Origin: Raillietiella orientalis
Lineage: Eukaryota
Direction of reading: 5' to 3'
NCBI GenBank assembly: GCA_036172245.1
Contig: JAYWIR010000003.1
Coordinates: 4,402,001 to 4,466,000, forward strand
DNA length: 64,000 bases
Position 1 is the stretch's first letter; the number at the start of each line of letters is the position of its first letter. The notes beneath the pieces are model-generated. The model made no database searches. It saw only the letters and a program-made list of their open reading frames with translations, and was not told the origin of the DNA. Below are positions 62,100-64,000 of this stretch, one piece after another. The translations under genes and the position numbers were made by a program.

Positions 62100-64000
62100 C
62101 CCCTCTTTTCCCGTGGAGGCCACTGCCTCCCAAGCCTCCTCCAGCCGGTTTCCTACCGGGAGGAGAAAGGAGACGGGAAAAGAGCAGGAGGACGGAAACT
62201 TTCCCGATCCGGACAGACCCTCCCTCTCCTAGGGCTCGTCTTCAGGAACGAAGCACCCAGTCTGGAGTGCAGTTTAAAAACAGAATCCTCGGGCAGCGTC
62301 CCGCCGCATCCGGTGGACCCTGCGCTTCCCGGATGGCACCACGCGCGCAGGAGGCGGAGCCAGATGCTCCTGGAAACGTCCGGCCCCGCGCTAGTCGATT
62401 GAACGCTTCCAGGAGAAACGCGTAGGCGTCTTCCCGGTGGAACCGCAAGGAAACGCTTACTCCCCTCTGGGGTCAGGGGGGACTGCCGGGAGGGGGGGGA
62501 GGACGAAAACTTCCTCGAATCCCGTGGCGAAAGGGAGTGGCGGCGTGGGCGCAACCGTCGGGGAGGTTCTCCTGTACAGCCTCGCGCTCTCCGGACCTTC
62601 AGGCTGGTCCGTGCCACCCCCTCCTCCATCCCACTCCGCCGAGATCAACAGGGAGGATAAACCCATGGGTGGCATCATCCATCGTCCCCAACTCCTATAA
62701 AGTCGTCCAGCTTGCCTTCCGGCTCTTCAGCGGGATGGGACCAGGGCAGGGGATGCTCCTGCTGCGGAGGAGACCTCCCGGAATGCAGTCGGGCGCCACC
62801 GTTCGGGCATCGGGAATTGGCCAGCCATGCTGCTGCGGGGTAGGAGGAGGAGAACAACACGTTGGTCGTCCGGCGATCCGCGGGATCTCTGTGGGTCTTA
62901 CCGGAGATCCTGCAGATTTTCTCTTCCTTCCACCCGGGATTCCTTTGCTTGCTTTCCCTCCTCTCTCCCTCCTCCTACGTTCCCTTCCACCTCTGGCTGC
63001 AGACCTCCGAGGAGGCTCGCTGGAAGGGTATAGAGCTGACTCGGCGGGCCACTGCATCCTGCTCGGCGGGACGCTCCCGCCATCAGCATCTCCGACGGGT
63101 TGCCCCTCGTTGGGGGGACAGCGTGAGGGCTCTGTGGGAAGCGAAAGAACGGGGAGGAAAGTCGACTTGGGGCCTTCTCACGGCCACGTCCCGCTCGCCT
63201 GGGGCATGTGACTTTCCTCCGGAACTCCAAACGGTACTTCCCGTATTCTGGTGGGCTCTTCAGGTGGGAGCGTTGCGGTGGTGCGGGAAAGGAAGGGCAA
63301 CCGGAATGGGGAACCTCTCGGTAGCCGGAGGCCTTCTCGTTGAGGGCAGGCTCAACTCCTGCTTGTGTGGGCCAATCAGCTCTCCAGGAATGCCCCAAGG
63401 AGTCCGAGCATCCACCCGGGATGGCCACGCTGGCCGTATCACCCGAGCGTAGGACAACCGGAGCGCCACTCGTCCGTCAGGCGGAGCTTCAGCCGGCACA
63501 CCGGCGGCGAATCCAGTAGGAATCGACGACCTTCCGGAGATGAACGTGGAGCGAAGAGTAGGCGCTCAACAGCTGGTGATACGCCGCTTCCGGGCTCCAG
63601 AGGCAGGGAGGATGCTGAGAGAGAAAAGGACCAGCTTTCCTGCGTCACTTTTCAGAGGCAGAGGAACTGCGGATCGCGCGAGGCCTCCCTGTGAGCAGCT
63701 TCACTTCCGGTCGCCACTTGACCCGCCCCCAGGGAAGCACAAATCCCTCAAAAGGTTTCATTTTCCATCCCCACATCCTTCTCCTTTCACTATAGGTGCT
63801 TCAGAGTTTCCAGGATACAGAGGGAGGTTAGCTCGCGAGTCCTGCTCCCAAGGCGGGATGAGCCATTGAAGACGGGCACTTCTTACGCCACCCCACACAT
63901 GTACGTGCGTATACAGGTAGCGCACATATTCAGGCTGAATTCGTACCGCTTCTCGAAACGGCTCTTCTGAAGGAGCCAAATGGAGGACCCGGGGGGTATC
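62100..64000 (-). mobile_element. Decayed L1/Tx1-like RT and C-terminal region, running off the window end
   Basis: Ordered remnants VRYLY, QDSRANLPLY, DAGKLVLF (YADD-like), SAYSSLHVHLRK, WGIP, SWTTL.ELGTMDDAT, GASFLKTS. Confidence 0.5.

Noticed and set aside
1..64000. CRISPR arrays, rRNA, intact tRNA genes, prokaryotic operons
   Set aside because: No regularly spaced repeats or recognisable structural RNA genes were seen. Spliceosomal introns and LINEs indicate eukaryotic DNA.

Overview
GC-rich eukaryotic (invertebrate/arthropod-like) genomic DNA, so most ORFs in the six-frame track are spurious. One intact host gene can be reconstructed on the minus strand: 8 coding exons (27770->14612, GT-AG, phases consistent, 514 aa). 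It encodes a Cys-rich secreted and probably GPI-anchored protein resembling the arthropod DUF7042/7043/7044 (PTHR22255-like) family. It lies in a nearly transposon-free block of about 14-33 kb. Both flanks are nested transposon graveyards with three components. (i) At least six 5'-truncated L1/Tx1-like LINE copies have TSDs and an essentially tail-less 3' end (AATAAA + short hairpin + GTG). (ii) There are several older LINE RT, APE and RNase H fossils. (iii) Four copies of an unrecognised repeat of about 1.3-2 kb carry a decayed tyrosine-recombinase-like gene (candidate Crypton-like element), and two of them are interrupted by the LINE. All family assignments come from motifs read by eye; no database searches were run.
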